Source: Rhodanobacteraceae bacterium
Lineage (GTDB): Bacteria; Pseudomonadota; Gammaproteobacteria; Xanthomonadales; Rhodanobacteraceae
NCBI GenBank assembly: GCA_050738155.1
Contig: JBOHYW010000002.1
Coordinates: forward strand, 2,838-66,837
Length of the DNA: 64,000 nucleotides
Direction: 5' to 3'
Both the position numbers and the translations under genes were made by a program. Shown here in pieces: positions 48,014 through 57,390 of the stretch. The notes under the pieces were generated by a model that saw only the letters and a program-made list of their open reading frames with translations, had not been told where the DNA came from and did not search any database. Every line of letters starts with the position of its first letter. Within the stretch, counting starts at the first letter, position 1.

Positions 48014-48052
48014 CCAGGTGCTGCTGCCGGTCTTCAGGTATTGGTTGAATCC
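48014..48052. other. 39-nt intergenic segment matching the autotransporter gene at 53040..53078 (37/39 identical)
   Basis: ccaggtgctgctgccggtcttcagGtaTtggttgaatcc versus ...cagAtaCtgg... Both differences are transitions. Confidence 0.9.
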
Positions 48053-48099
48053 ATGGGGCGGCGGGAGACAAGCGCAAGTAGCAAGGCTTCGGCTTTTGC

Positions 48100-49461
48100 T
48101 TACCCCCTTCCAAAGGAAGGGGGTCGATGCGCAGCATCGGGGGGATGCGACAACGCAGCCTCGAGGTCATGTTCACCCGCACCCGTCACGAGCACCTCGG
48201 CAAACTGCCCCGGATTCAATGATTGGCCGTCGCCAATCCGCACTACGCCGTCGATCTCCGGTGCATCGGCGGATGAGCGCGCGATGGCACCATCGGCGGT
48301 CGCTTCATCCACCAACACTTGCATCGTGCAGCCGATCTTGCGTTGCAGCTTGGCAGCGGAAATCTCTGCCTGCACTTCCATGAAGCGTTCGAGCCGGTCT
48401 TCCTTCAATTCTTCCGGCACCGGATCCGGCAATTCGTTGGCTTTGGCGCCCCCCACCGGCGAATAGGCGAACGCACCGACGCGATCAAGCTGCGCTTCGC
48501 GCAGGTAGTCGAGCAGCTCTTCGAATTCGGCATCGGTCTCACCGGGAAAGCCGACGATGAAGGTGCTGCGGATGGTGAGGCCCGGGCAAACCTCGCGCCA
48601 CGCGCGGATGCGGTCCAGGGTTTTTTCCGCGTGTGCCGGACGCTTCATCAGTTTCAAAATACGTCGCGAAGCATGCTGGAACGGAATGTCGAGATATGGA
48701 AGAATTTTTCCATCCGCCATCAGCGGGATGACTTCGTCGACGTGCGGGTACGGATAAACGTAGTGCAAGCGCACCCACGCGCCGAGTTCGCCCAAGGCCC
48801 GGCACAGGTCGGTCATGCGCGTGCGGTACGCGTTGCCGCGCCATTCGCGCTCCGCATATTTCAGGTCGACGCCATAGGCGCTGGTGTCCTGCGAAATCAC
48901 CAGCAATTCCTTGACGCCCGAGCGCACCAGTTTTTCGGCCTCGATCAGCACCTCGTCGATCGGACGCGAAACGAGATTGCCACGCATCGAGGGGATGATG
49001 CAGAAGGTGCAACGGTGGTTGCAGCCTTCGGAAATCTTCAAGTATGCGTAGTGCTTCGGCGTCAATTTGATACCGGCGTCAGGGACCAGATCCACGAATG
49101 GATCGTGCGGCTTCGGCAGCGCCTCGTGCACCGCGCCCATCACGCTGGCGTAATCCTGCGGACCGGTGATCGCCAGCACGTCGGGGTACGCTTCGCGGAT
49201 CAATGCATCACGTTTGCCGAGACAGCCGGTGACGATGACGCGGCCGTTTTCGTGCAAGGCTTCACCAATGGCGTCCAGCGATTCCTGCACCGCGGCATCG
49301 ATGAAGCCGCAGGTGTTGACGATCACCGCGTTGGCCTTGTCGTAACGCGGGACGATCTGGTAACCCTCGGCCTTCAGCTGGGTGAGGATGCGTTCGGAAT
49401 CGACCAGTGCCTTGGGACAACCGAGACTGACGAAACCGATCTTGGGGGACGCTGCGGGCAT
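48100..49461 (-). CDS. rimO: ribosomal protein S12 methylthiotransferase
   Basis: [17 protein letters not shown], radical-SAM [11 protein letters not shown], and a TRAM-like C-terminus. Confidence 0.92.
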   Translation of the reverse strand: MPAASPKIGFVSLGCPKALVDSERILTQLKAEGYQIVPRYDKANAVIVNTCGFIDAAVQESLDAIGEALHENGRVIVTGCLGKRDALIREAYPDVLAITGPQDYASVMGAVHEALPKPHDPFVDLVPDAGIKLTPKHYAYLKISEGCNHRCTFCIIPSMRGNLVSRPIDEVLIEAEKLVRSGVKELLVISQDTSAYGVDLKYAEREWRGNAYRTRMTDLCRALGELGAWVRLHYVYPYPHVDEVIPLMADGKILPYLDIPFQHASRRILKLMKRPAHAEKTLDRIRAWREVCPGLTIRSTFIVGFPGETDAEFEELLDYLREAQLDRVGAFAYSPVGGAKANELPDPVPEELKEDRLERFMEVQAEISAAKLQRKIGCTMQVLVDEATADGAIARSSADAPEIDGVVRIGDGQSLNPGQFAEVLVTGAGEHDLEAALSHPPDAAHRPPSFGRG

Positions 49462-49582
49462 TGAGGCAAACCGGTCGAAAACAGCCGCCTATTCTAGCGT
49501 GCTGCCCTCTGCTCGCGACTTCTGGTTACCCGCGGGACGGTACGCCAGGAAATTCCGGAAGAATCGTCGCCATGCTCGCTGG

Positions 49583-49617
49583 CAAAACGCACGCCTCCTC
49601 AATTGCGAGGAGGCGTG
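49583..49617 (-). terminator. rho-independent terminator after the autotransporter gene
   Basis: CACGCCTCCTC-(6 nt)-GAGGAGGCGTG, a perfect 11-bp stem. On the minus strand it is followed by CGTTTTGCC. Confidence 0.75.
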
Positions 49618-49682
49618 AATCCCAACCCCGGCCGGCGCTTGTCTTTCGATGTCACCGGCCGACCCGATCACCGCTGCGTTGT

Positions 49683-52600
49683 TCAGAAACGCAACGTGCT
49701 CTCCAGCATCGCCGCCACGGCCTGTTGGTGCAGACCCTGCTGACCCTCGAGGCCAAGATGGAGTTCGAGGTCGCGGGCCGGCCACAGTCCCACGCCCATC
49801 TTCAGCACCGAGTAGTTGCGCGACAGGCCGACGCCGCTCAATGGCATCCAGTCGTCAAAACCCGTGAACGACGCCTGGAACGCTTGGCCGTACTGGCTCA
49901 ACGTGTGCCGCCATTCGGCGCTGCCATCCAACTGCAAGCGCATGCCATTCGACAGATTCCAACCGCGCGTGGCGCGCATGCCGAGACCGGCCTGCCAACG
50001 GCCGGTGCCGCGACTGTCCGCCTTCAACCCGAACCCGCCGGCACCGTGTTCGGCGAATGCGCCCTCGTCGAGTTGCTCGTAGCGCAGGTTCACGAATGGC
50101 GCGATGCTGGCGCCCGCAAAATGCAAACGCATGCCGGCTTCGCCCGTCGCCAGGTTGAAGCTGCCATTGAAGCCGCCGGCAACCGGCGCGGCAATCTGGC
50201 CCAGCATCAGCAGGCGCTGCATGTCCTGGCGATACCAGCCGATACCGACGCTGCCGCCGACGAACCACGGACCGCGCGCCCAACCGCCATACACGGTCAC
50301 GCTGTTGGCACGATTGCGGCCGTGGTCGAAAGCGCCTTCGATCTGGCCGAACCCGTGGCTGGCACTGAGCGCATAACCGACGACGCCATTGCGGCCTACC
50401 CTGAAATCCGTGCCGATCATGCTGCCGGTATTCTGGACCGTGGTCCCCGCATACCCGCTTGCCTGCATGCTGCCTTGCCAGCCAAGGCCAGTAGCCCATA
50501 CGCCGGCCTTTTGATGGCCTTCGCGGACCGCGTCGAGATGCCCCGCCAAGGCAGCGGCGGAGATGTCAAGGCTGTCGAAAAGCATCGCCGCGCTGGCCGC
50601 TGGCAATTGTCCGGACAGACTCTGCAGCGACGCCTCGGCAAACGCCGCCGTCGGCGCATGCTGGATCGCGCCCGCCGCTTGCAGCGTGGCGAGTTCCGAT
50701 GCGTCGACACTGCCGCCGGCCGCCAGCCGCGCATCCAGCATGTCGAACGAACTCTGCAAGCGCGCCGCGGCCTGCAGGTCCGGTGCGCTGGTCATGCCCA
50801 TGGCTTGCGCGGCCTTGCTGATGTTGAGCGAGGTCGTGTCGAGCCAGACAGACGTGGGCGTGTAGCCGATCGTGGATTGCAGGAACATCCCCGGCGACAA
50901 CGTCAACGCCGCAAACTTGCCGTCGACGCCGTTGCCGGCGGTCAGGACATCCTGATGCTTGGCTTTGATGTAACCGTGATCGGCACCCAGAACATTGAGG
51001 TCACCGGCCAGCGACGCGTTGCCTGCGACGTTCAATTCCGAGCCAAGACTGACCGAGAACACCCCGCTCGCGGTCTGTGTGAAGTTGCCGCCGACGCGGG
51101 TATCGCCACCGCGCACGATCACCGTTCCGGCATTGGACAACGAACCGCCAATCCGCGGAGCCGCATCGAGCGTCCCGGCGCCCGTGACGTCGACATTGCC
51201 CGCCAAGGCACGGCTGTCGGCCCGCAACACGCCGCCAGCCACCGTCCAATTCACGGACGCGTCACCAACACCCATCAGTGTCCAGACGCTCGAACCGGAT
51301 TTCTCGAAATTCCGGAAGCCGACGTATTGGGTGCCGGAGTAGCGGCGCGGCAGGGTCGAGTCGATCGTGGACACATCGAAGTAATTGCCGAACCAGCCGT
51401 TGTCGTCACCGCCCAGGTTCAAGGTATCGCCACCATTGCCGGCACCGCTGATACTCACCACGTTGCCAATGAACTGGCCGCCGGATTCGAGCGTCAGCGT
51501 GTTGCCACCGCCGGAAAATTCCACGGCATTGGCGGGCAGCCCGAAACCACCCGGGAAGCCGCCCACGATCACGCCCGCGTTGACGATGGTGCTGCCACCG
51601 GTACTGACGACACCGGCACCGCCTGCCCCGGTTTGCCCGGACGCGCCACCGAACCACCAGGAACCGCCGTAGCCGGACTGCCCACCGGCACCACCGCTGA
51701 TGATGCCGACATTGACCAACGTGAAGTCGGAACCGCTCACACCAGCGCCACCCTGTCCGCCGTTGCCGCCGGTCCCGTTGTAGCCATAAGCATTGCCACC
51801 GGAACCCGCACTGCCACCCATGACCAAGCCGGCGTTGACCATTGCAAAACCGGAACCGTCGCCCCCGGCCTCTCCATCGGCGCCATTACCTGCAACGGCG
51901 TTGCCGCGGAAGGAACTCTGGCCGTCACTGCCGTCCATACCGAACACGCTGGCTCGCGATGCAACATCGAGCGCCGTGCCGGCGGCCATGCTCACGCCGC
52001 TGGTCAGCGCTGCCATGCTGCGACCGGTGCCAACTTGCAACGTTCCGCCCGCCACGCTGGTGCCGCCGTCGAACGGGTTGTACCCGCCGAGAATCAGGGT
52101 GCCAAGGTCGGTCTTGCGCAACCCGGCGTCGCCGCGCAAGTCGTTGTCGATCTCGGCGGTCATGCCGGCACCCGCCGCCGTGCCGTCACCCACGCGAATG
52201 ATCGGTGCCGCGCCTTGATGTCCGACCAGCGTCAGGTCATCGCCGGTCAGACGGTAACCATCCACCGCAAACTGCATGCCGGTGGTTTGCACGCGTCCCC
52301 AGCGATTGCTTGTCCGAACCTTGCCCGGCGTGCCAGTGAACACCGCAAAACCCGGATTCGGTGTCATGCGACCGCGCTGACTGGTGCCGTTTGTCGTCAC
52401 CTGTACCCAGTCCGACGATCTGGCTGTCCAGTTACCGTTGCCACCGAAGGAAACATGCGCGGGCGCCCAGATGTTCATGCCAAGGCCAAGCCCTGCGAAC
52501 AGGTCAATCTGGTTACGGCTGGCATCATTGACCACCGCGTAATCGCTGGTACCGGTTCCCGTCGGCACCGCGCCGATGTTGATACAACCGGTATTGCCTG

Positions 52601-55600
52601 CCACGGCGCAACCGCTGACGTGCAGCGTGCCGTAATCGAACAAGTGATAGAGGCCTGGATCGGGCGCACCGGCGCCGGCCAAATCCAGCGTCGAACCGGA
52701 ACCGGCAAAGCCGAGCGTCCCGCCAACTGCAACCCGATCGTTCGAAGTCGCCCCGTTGACCGTAATCAGATCGAACTGCAAATCGCTACCGGCATCCAGC
52801 GACAAGTTGCCGCCGATCGTGAGCTTGCCAGCCGTACCCGTCGTACCCGGCGACAGCATGCCACCGGGCTGGACTTCGACGTTGCCGGCGATCGCACCGA
52901 AGCCGCCCAGCAGCGCCGCGGGATCCACCGTGACGTTGCCACCGAGGGAAGTGCCATTGTCGGCCGCGGTGCCACCCACGAGGAGACTGCCGGCATGCAC
53001 CTCCCATGGCGCCGTCACGGAAGTGCTGCCGGTGAGGATCCAGGTGCTGCTGCCGGTCTTCAGATACTGGTTGAATCCGTAGTATTGAACGCTACCCGTC
53101 CACCCAGTCGGGGCACTGACCACGACCTGCGACAGGTCGAACCTGGCGTCTGCGCCACCCCCCAGGTTCAGCGTGTCGCCACCGGCCTTGCTACCGCTGG
53201 TGCTGACGACGTTGCCGACGAAACCATAGCCACTGGCCAGCAGCAACATGTTGCCACCACCCGAAAAGTCGACGGCATCCGCCCGTGTCGTGCCATCGCC
53301 GGACAAACCACCCGCAATGACACCGGCGTTCAGGACCCGGGCACCGCCCGTGGAGACGACGCCGACACCGCCCGCGCCTGCTGCACCGTATAGTCCCTCG
53401 CCACCGTAGCCACCGACGACGAGGCCGCTGTTGATCAGGGCAAACCCGCTGCCGATCACGCCCGCGCCACCGGTCCCCGCGGCTTCGTAAAAACCAAGGC
53501 CTCCCGTGCCACCGGCCACCACGCCTGAATTGATCAGGCTGAATGCCGTGCCGCGGACGCCCGCACCGCCCGTGCCGCCCGTGAAGCTGCTGGCCGCTCC
53601 GGACAAGTTGTAACCCTGTCCACCCGTCCCGCCGAGTGCGTAACCGCTGTTGGACGCCGCGAAACCGTTGCCCGAAATGCCGGCGCCACCCGTGCCGGCA
53701 ACCGCGGCAACGCCGTAACCGCCATCGCCGCCCTGGACCAGCCCGCTGTTGAGCAACCTGAAGTCACGCGCGCCGCTGTCGGACGCGGTGACAGGCATAC
53801 CACTGATCCCGGCGCCACCGGCACCGCCGGCTCCGCTGGCTCCCAAGCTCGGAATGAAACCCCCGTTGTTGCCCCTGCCGCCAAGCACGTAGCCACCATT
53901 GATGATGGTGGCGTCACCGCTCGCGGACACACCCGAACCGCCGGCGCCAGCGACCGAGCCGATGGTGCCGAGGGCACCTGCACCACCCTGGATATAGCCG
54001 CTGTTGCCCACCTGCGTTTCGGCACCACCCACGCTCAAGCCGCTACCACCGGCGCCGCTGTAGATCGCCCCGCGACCACCGTTGCCACCGGCGACGTAGC
54101 CGTCATTCGTCACCGACGAATTCCCCGACGCCACGACTCCGGCGCCACCCGCACCGCCAGCGCCACCGGCGCCATAACCGGCACTGCCGAAATAGAAGCC
54201 GGCGGTACCGCCGCCGCCGCCGATGATCTGGCTGTGGTTGATCACGCTGATGTCGGTTCCGCGGACCGCGTCACCACCGGCACCGCCATTGCCGTAGTAA
54301 CCAGACCCGCCGTGACCACCGCCGATGCCGCCGGCGTTGTTGGTCACCGAGAAATCGTGGCCCTGGATACCCGCGGCACCGTTGCCCGCATTGCCGAAAT
54401 AGCCGGCTCCACCGTAGCCGCCGAACAGCGAATTGTTGTTGGTCGCCACGAAATGGCTGCCGCTGATGCCGGCGCCCGCGTTGCCCGCATGCGCGTAGGC
54501 CCCGATGCCGCCGGCGCCCCCGCGCATGGTGGTGTTGTTGGTGACCGTCGACAGCGCGCCACCGGTTGCCACCATCGCGGCACCACCGTTGCCGCCGGCC
54601 GCGTACAACCCGTAACCGCCGCGACCGCCATGGACGTAACCCGCGTTGGTCAGGGCGAAACCGCTGCCGACGATGGCCGCGCCGCCATCCCCCGCAGTCC
54701 CGTATTGCCCCTTTCCGCCATCGCCACCTGCCACGCCCCCATTGTTGTTGAGCAAGGTGAAGCCATTGCCCACGACACCCGCGCCACCACTGCCCGCGGC
54801 TTCGTAGAAGCCAAGGCCACCGGTGCCACCCGCAACGTTCCCCGAGTTCGAAAGTTCGAATGCGACGCCGCTGACGCCGGCCCCACCTGCGCCACCGACA
54901 TAGCTGCTGGCAGTACCGGACAGGTTGTAGCCCTGACCGCCGGTGCCGCCGGTGATCGCGCCCGAATTGTCGGCAGCGAATCCGTTGCCCGAAACGCCCG
55001 CGCCACCATTGCCGGCGGTGGCGCTCACGCCGTAACCGCCATCGCCACCGCTGAGGTTGCCATCGTTGGTCAACTGGAACGCGGCACCGCCCACGGCCAG
55101 GGATGCACCGCTGATCGCCGCGCCGCCACTGCCGCCGTTGCCGCTGACGCTGCCGTTGAAACCACCGTTGCCACCGATTCCGCCGGACGTGCTGCCGTGA
55201 TTGATGACACTGGCACCACCCGCGGCGACGGTCCCCGCACCACCAGCGCCAGCACTGCCACCGACGCCACCCAGACCGCCGGCACCACCCGCGACCGCAC
55301 CGTAGTTGGTCACCATCACGTTGCCGCCGGTCGCCATCACGGCCGCGCCACCGCTACCGGCATCGAGCACGCTCTGGCCACCCATGCCGCCATACACGCT
55401 GCCTGTATCCGCATTGACGAGCGCCGAGCGACCGGAAGCAACGATGCCGATACCGCCATTGCCGCCGCTGCCACCGGTACCGTACGCCCCGCCACCGTGC
55501 GGGAACAACCCGCCGTTGCCGCCGGCACCACCGCCGATCTGGGCGTAATTGGCCAGCGAGACATCGCTGCCGTCGATTGCGTCCGCGCCTTGGCCGCCGT

Positions 55601-56477
55601 TGCCGAAATACCCCATGCCGCCCTTGCCGCCGAAAATGCCACCGGCGGTGTTGACCACGCGGATATTTCCACCCGCGATCGCGGCGGCCCCGTTGCCACC
55701 GTCGCCGAAGAAACCGTAGCCGGCGTTGCCGCCGAACAGGGCGTTGTTGTTGACGACCACAAAACGGCTGCCCACGACCCCGGCGCCGCCGTTGCCGCCA
55801 GCGCTGTAAACCCCGATGCCGCCAGCCCCGCCGCGGATCATCACGTCGTTGGTGATGACGGTGCGCCCCGCGCCCCTGACGACTACCGCGGCACCTCCCG
55901 CGCCGGCGGTAGCCCCATAGCCATAGCCGCCCACTCCGCCATGCACGTAGCCGTCGTTGGTCAGGTTGAACGCACCACCCATGATGGCGCTGCCGCCATT
56001 GCCGCCGGCCGCACCGTAGCCCGTGCCACCGGCACCACCACCCACGCCGCCATCAACGGTCAACTTGAAGCCGCTGCCGAGAAACCCCGCGCCACCTGCA
56101 CCGCCGTGCCCGCCCGTAGCCGCCGCGTCGCCGCCCTTGCCGCCCGTGACGAAGTAATTGGCCACCAGGCACATGTCGCTGCCGGCGGGTGCGCCTGCCG
56201 CCGCACCGCCCGCGGTGCCATTGCCATCAGAACCGGTGATCCCCGCCGCGCCAGTCGCCGAACCAATCGGGGCCGCGCCCGTCGGACAGGTCGCCGACCA
56301 AGCGGGCAAGGCCACGGCCGCCACACCCAGTGCCGCAACGCAAGCCAGCGCCAGCGGTCGTCGACGCGCCGATGCACCCCCAGTCGCACCCGCACCGCGT
56401 GGATGCGCGGCCAGTTCCGAAGCTACCTGCAGGATGCGCAGCGAGCGGTTCCATACCAGACTGTAGATGCGGTTCAT
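49683..56477 (-). CDS. type Va autotransporter, 2264 aa, with a glycine-rich repetitive passenger
   Basis: ESPR-type extended signal peptide MNRIYSLVWNRSLRILQVASE. Passenger made of GGxGGxG/NxG coils. PATR-like motifs (GFNQYLKTGSSTWILTG, FRNFEKSGSSVWTLMG). C-terminal ~270-aa beta-barrel ending in LRF. Confidence 0.9.
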   Translation of the reverse strand: MNRIYSLVWNRSLRILQVASELAAHPRGAGATGGASARRRPLALACVAALGVAAVALPAWSATCPTGAAPIGSATGAAGITGSDGNGTAGGAAAGAPAGSDMCLVANYFVTGGKGGDAAATGGHGGAGGAGFLGSGFKLTVDGGVGGGAGGTGYGAAGGNGGSAIMGGAFNLTNDGYVHGGVGGYGYGATAGAGGAAVVVRGAGRTVITNDVMIRGGAGGIGVYSAGGNGGAGVVGSRFVVVNNNALFGGNAGYGFFGDGGNGAAAIAGGNIRVVNTAGGIFGGKGGMGYFGNGGQGADAIDGSDVSLANYAQIGGGAGGNGGLFPHGGGAYGTGGSGGNGGIGIVASGRSALVNADTGSVYGGMGGQSVLDAGSGGAAVMATGGNVMVTNYGAVAGGAGGLGGVGGSAGAGGAGTVAAGGASVINHGSTSGGIGGNGGFNGSVSGNGGSGGAAISGASLAVGGAAFQLTNDGNLSGGDGGYGVSATAGNGGAGVSGNGFAADNSGAITGGTGGQGYNLSGTASSYVGGAGGAGVSGVAFELSNSGNVAGGTGGLGFYEAAGSGGAGVVGNGFTLLNNNGGVAGGDGGKGQYGTAGDGGAAIVGSGFALTNAGYVHGGRGGYGLYAAGGNGGAAMVATGGALSTVTNNTTMRGGAGGIGAYAHAGNAGAGISGSHFVATNNNSLFGGYGGAGYFGNAGNGAAGIQGHDFSVTNNAGGIGGGHGGSGYYGNGGAGGDAVRGTDISVINHSQIIGGGGGTAGFYFGSAGYGAGGAGGAGGAGVVASGNSSVTNDGYVAGGNGGRGAIYSGAGGSGLSVGGAETQVGNSGYIQGGAGALGTIGSVAGAGGSGVSASGDATIINGGYVLGGRGNNGGFIPSLGASGAGGAGGAGISGMPVTASDSGARDFRLLNSGLVQGGDGGYGVAAVAGTGGAGISGNGFAASNSGYALGGTGGQGYNLSGAASSFTGGTGGAGVRGTAFSLINSGVVAGGTGGLGFYEAAGTGGAGVIGSGFALINSGLVVGGYGGEGLYGAAGAGGVGVVSTGGARVLNAGVIAGGLSGDGTTRADAVDFSGGGNMLLLASGYGFVGNVVSTSGSKAGGDTLNLGGGADARFDLSQVVVSAPTGWTGSVQYYGFNQYLKTGSSTWILTGSTSVTAPWEVHAGSLLVGGTAADNGTSLGGNVTVDPAALLGGFGAIAGNVEVQPGGMLSPGTTGTAGKLTIGGNLSLDAGSDLQFDLITVNGATSNDRVAVGGTLGFAGSGSTLDLAGAGAPDPGLYHLFDYGTLHVSGCAVAGNTGCINIGAVPTGTGTSDYAVVNDASRNQIDLFAGLGLGMNIWAPAHVSFGGNGNWTARSSDWVQVTTNGTSQRGRMTPNPGFAVFTGTPGKVRTSNRWGRVQTTGMQFAVDGYRLTGDDLTLVGHQGAAPIIRVGDGTAAGAGMTAEIDNDLRGDAGLRKTDLGTLILGGYNPFDGGTSVAGGTLQVGTGRSMAALTSGVSMAAGTALDVASRASVFGMDGSDGQSSFRGNAVAGNGADGEAGGDGSGFAMVNAGLVMGGSAGSGGNAYGYNGTGGNGGQGGAGVSGSDFTLVNVGIISGGAGGQSGYGGSWWFGGASGQTGAGGAGVVSTGGSTIVNAGVIVGGFPGGFGLPANAVEFSGGGNTLTLESGGQFIGNVVSISGAGNGGDTLNLGGDDNGWFGNYFDVSTIDSTLPRRYSGTQYVGFRNFEKSGSSVWTLMGVGDASVNWTVAGGVLRADSRALAGNVDVTGAGTLDAAPRIGGSLSNAGTVIVRGGDTRVGGNFTQTASGVFSVSLGSELNVAGNASLAGDLNVLGADHGYIKAKHQDVLTAGNGVDGKFAALTLSPGMFLQSTIGYTPTSVWLDTTSLNISKAAQAMGMTSAPDLQAAARLQSSFDMLDARLAAGGSVDASELATLQAAGAIQHAPTAAFAEASLQSLSGQLPAASAAMLFDSLDISAAALAGHLDAVREGHQKAGVWATGLGWQGSMQASGYAGTTVQNTGSMIGTDFRVGRNGVVGYALSASHGFGQIEGAFDHGRNRANSVTVYGGWARGPWFVGGSVGIGWYRQDMQRLLMLGQIAAPVAGGFNGSFNLATGEAGMRLHFAGASIAPFVNLRYEQLDEGAFAEHGAGGFGLKADSRGTGRWQAGLGMRATRGWNLSNGMRLQLDGSAEWRHTLSQYGQAFQASFTGFDDWMPLSGVGLSRNYSVLKMGVGLWPARDLELHLGLEGQQGLHQQAVAAMLESTLRF

Positions 56478-56564
56478 TGGGCTGTCCTTATGTGATTTGA
56501 GGGTGAAGTCGACAAACGAAATCCACGGTCAACCAGCAACACTCAAACTCGAACCGGCCGATCG

Positions 56565-57377
56565 CTAGACGATGAGTACCCCGCGCGGATTGAGCTTCGG
56601 GTCGCGCCAGAAGGCATCGTGCTCGAAGCGGTGGAAGAGGTCGGGGGGAAGGATGGTGTCGCGCTGCTGCACCGCCACGCGCGGCCGCACCCGATGCAGG
56701 CCCGGCGTGCCCGCACGTGCATCGAACGCTTCGGCATCGAATTCGACGTGCTCGAAATCGTGCGCGAAGCGCGGTTCGCCGATGAAATCGTAGATGGCGG
56801 CAACGGCGCCAGCCGGATCGCGGGTCAGCGTTTCGTATTGCACCAGCATCAACTGCGCGGTGTGCTCGCCATAGAAGGCTTCCTTCAGGGCATCGAAGGG
56901 GTAACCAACCAGGCCTTCGGCGCTGGCCAGCCCGTTGGCGCGCGTATATACGGTGCCGCCGACGCTGTAATTGAAGATCGAGGACGGGCTGAAAGCATTG
57001 TTGCGTACCAACCGTTCGACGCTGTCGATGATCCACGACACGTCGCGCACGCAGGCAATCACCCGGCTTTGCGGAAACAGGCGCGCGAGTGCCGGCATCC
57101 GAGCGCACCAACTGCGGTTGGTGTCGAACACGACCTCGGCCGGACTGTCGGCGTAATAGTTCTCGAACAGGCCGCGCAGAATGCGCTGGCGTTGCGCGTC
57201 GGTGGTGAATACCGAGAACTCGTTGCTGCCGCCCATCTTGGTCAGCAGGTCGGCGAACAGACCCGCGAGCGGTCCGCTCATGCCCGCCTGGAAGCGCGGG
57301 TTCTGACGGAGCAATGCGCCCAGCAGCGTAGACCCCGAACGCGGCAGCCCGGAAATGAAATGGATGGTGCGCTCCGT
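56565..57377 (-). CDS. sulfotransferase-family protein (NodH/Sulfotransfer_3-like); no canonical start codon upstream of its P-loop
   Basis: Own translation: (ACG)ERTIHFISGLPRSGSTLLGALLRQNPRF..., then the 249-aa track ORF. AAGGGAGGTG Shine-Dalgarno lies 4 nt before the ACG at 57375..57377. The first canonical in-frame start (TTG at 57314) lies after the P-loop. Confidence 0.7.
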   Translation of the reverse strand, partial: TERTIHFISGLPRSGSTLLGALLRQNPRFQAGMSGPLAGLFADLLTKMGGSNEFSVFTTDAQRQRILRGLFENYYADSPAEVVFDTNRSWCARMPALARLFPQSRVIACVRDVSWIIDSVERLVRNNAFSPSSIFNYSVGGTVYTRANGLASAEGLVGYPFDALKEAFYGEHTAQLMLVQYETLTRDPAGAVAAIYDFIGEPRFAHDFEHVEFDAEAFDARAGTPGLHRVRPRVAVQQRDTILPPDLFHRFEHDAFWRDPKLNPRGVLIV

Positions 57378-57390
57378 AACACCTCCCTTC

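Noticed and set aside
48103-48123. Hairpin CCCCCTTCC-AAA-GGAAGGGGG as an independent feature
   Set aside because: It lies within the last codons of the rimO ORF (…PPSFGRG stop). It may act as the rimO terminator or as a repeat remnant, but it has no U-tract and is too short to classify.
49683-56477. Periodic DNA repeats that could superficially suggest a CRISPR-like or tandem-repeat array
   Set aside because: The periodicity is at codon level inside one continuous ORF (Gly-rich coils). Repeats are diverged, and there is no unique-spacer and conserved-repeat alternation. No cas genes are in the window.
49461-56495. Very long plus-strand ORFs (1310 aa at 49461..53393 and 753 aa at 54234..56495) opposite the autotransporter gene
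   Set aside because: They are mirror images of a GGC/GCC-rich repetitive CDS, so the antisense frames lack stop codons. Their translations are low-complexity (R/A/G/T/H-rich) with no signal peptide, motif or Shine-Dalgarno. The minus-strand gene has an ESPR signal, a passenger and a beta-barrel.
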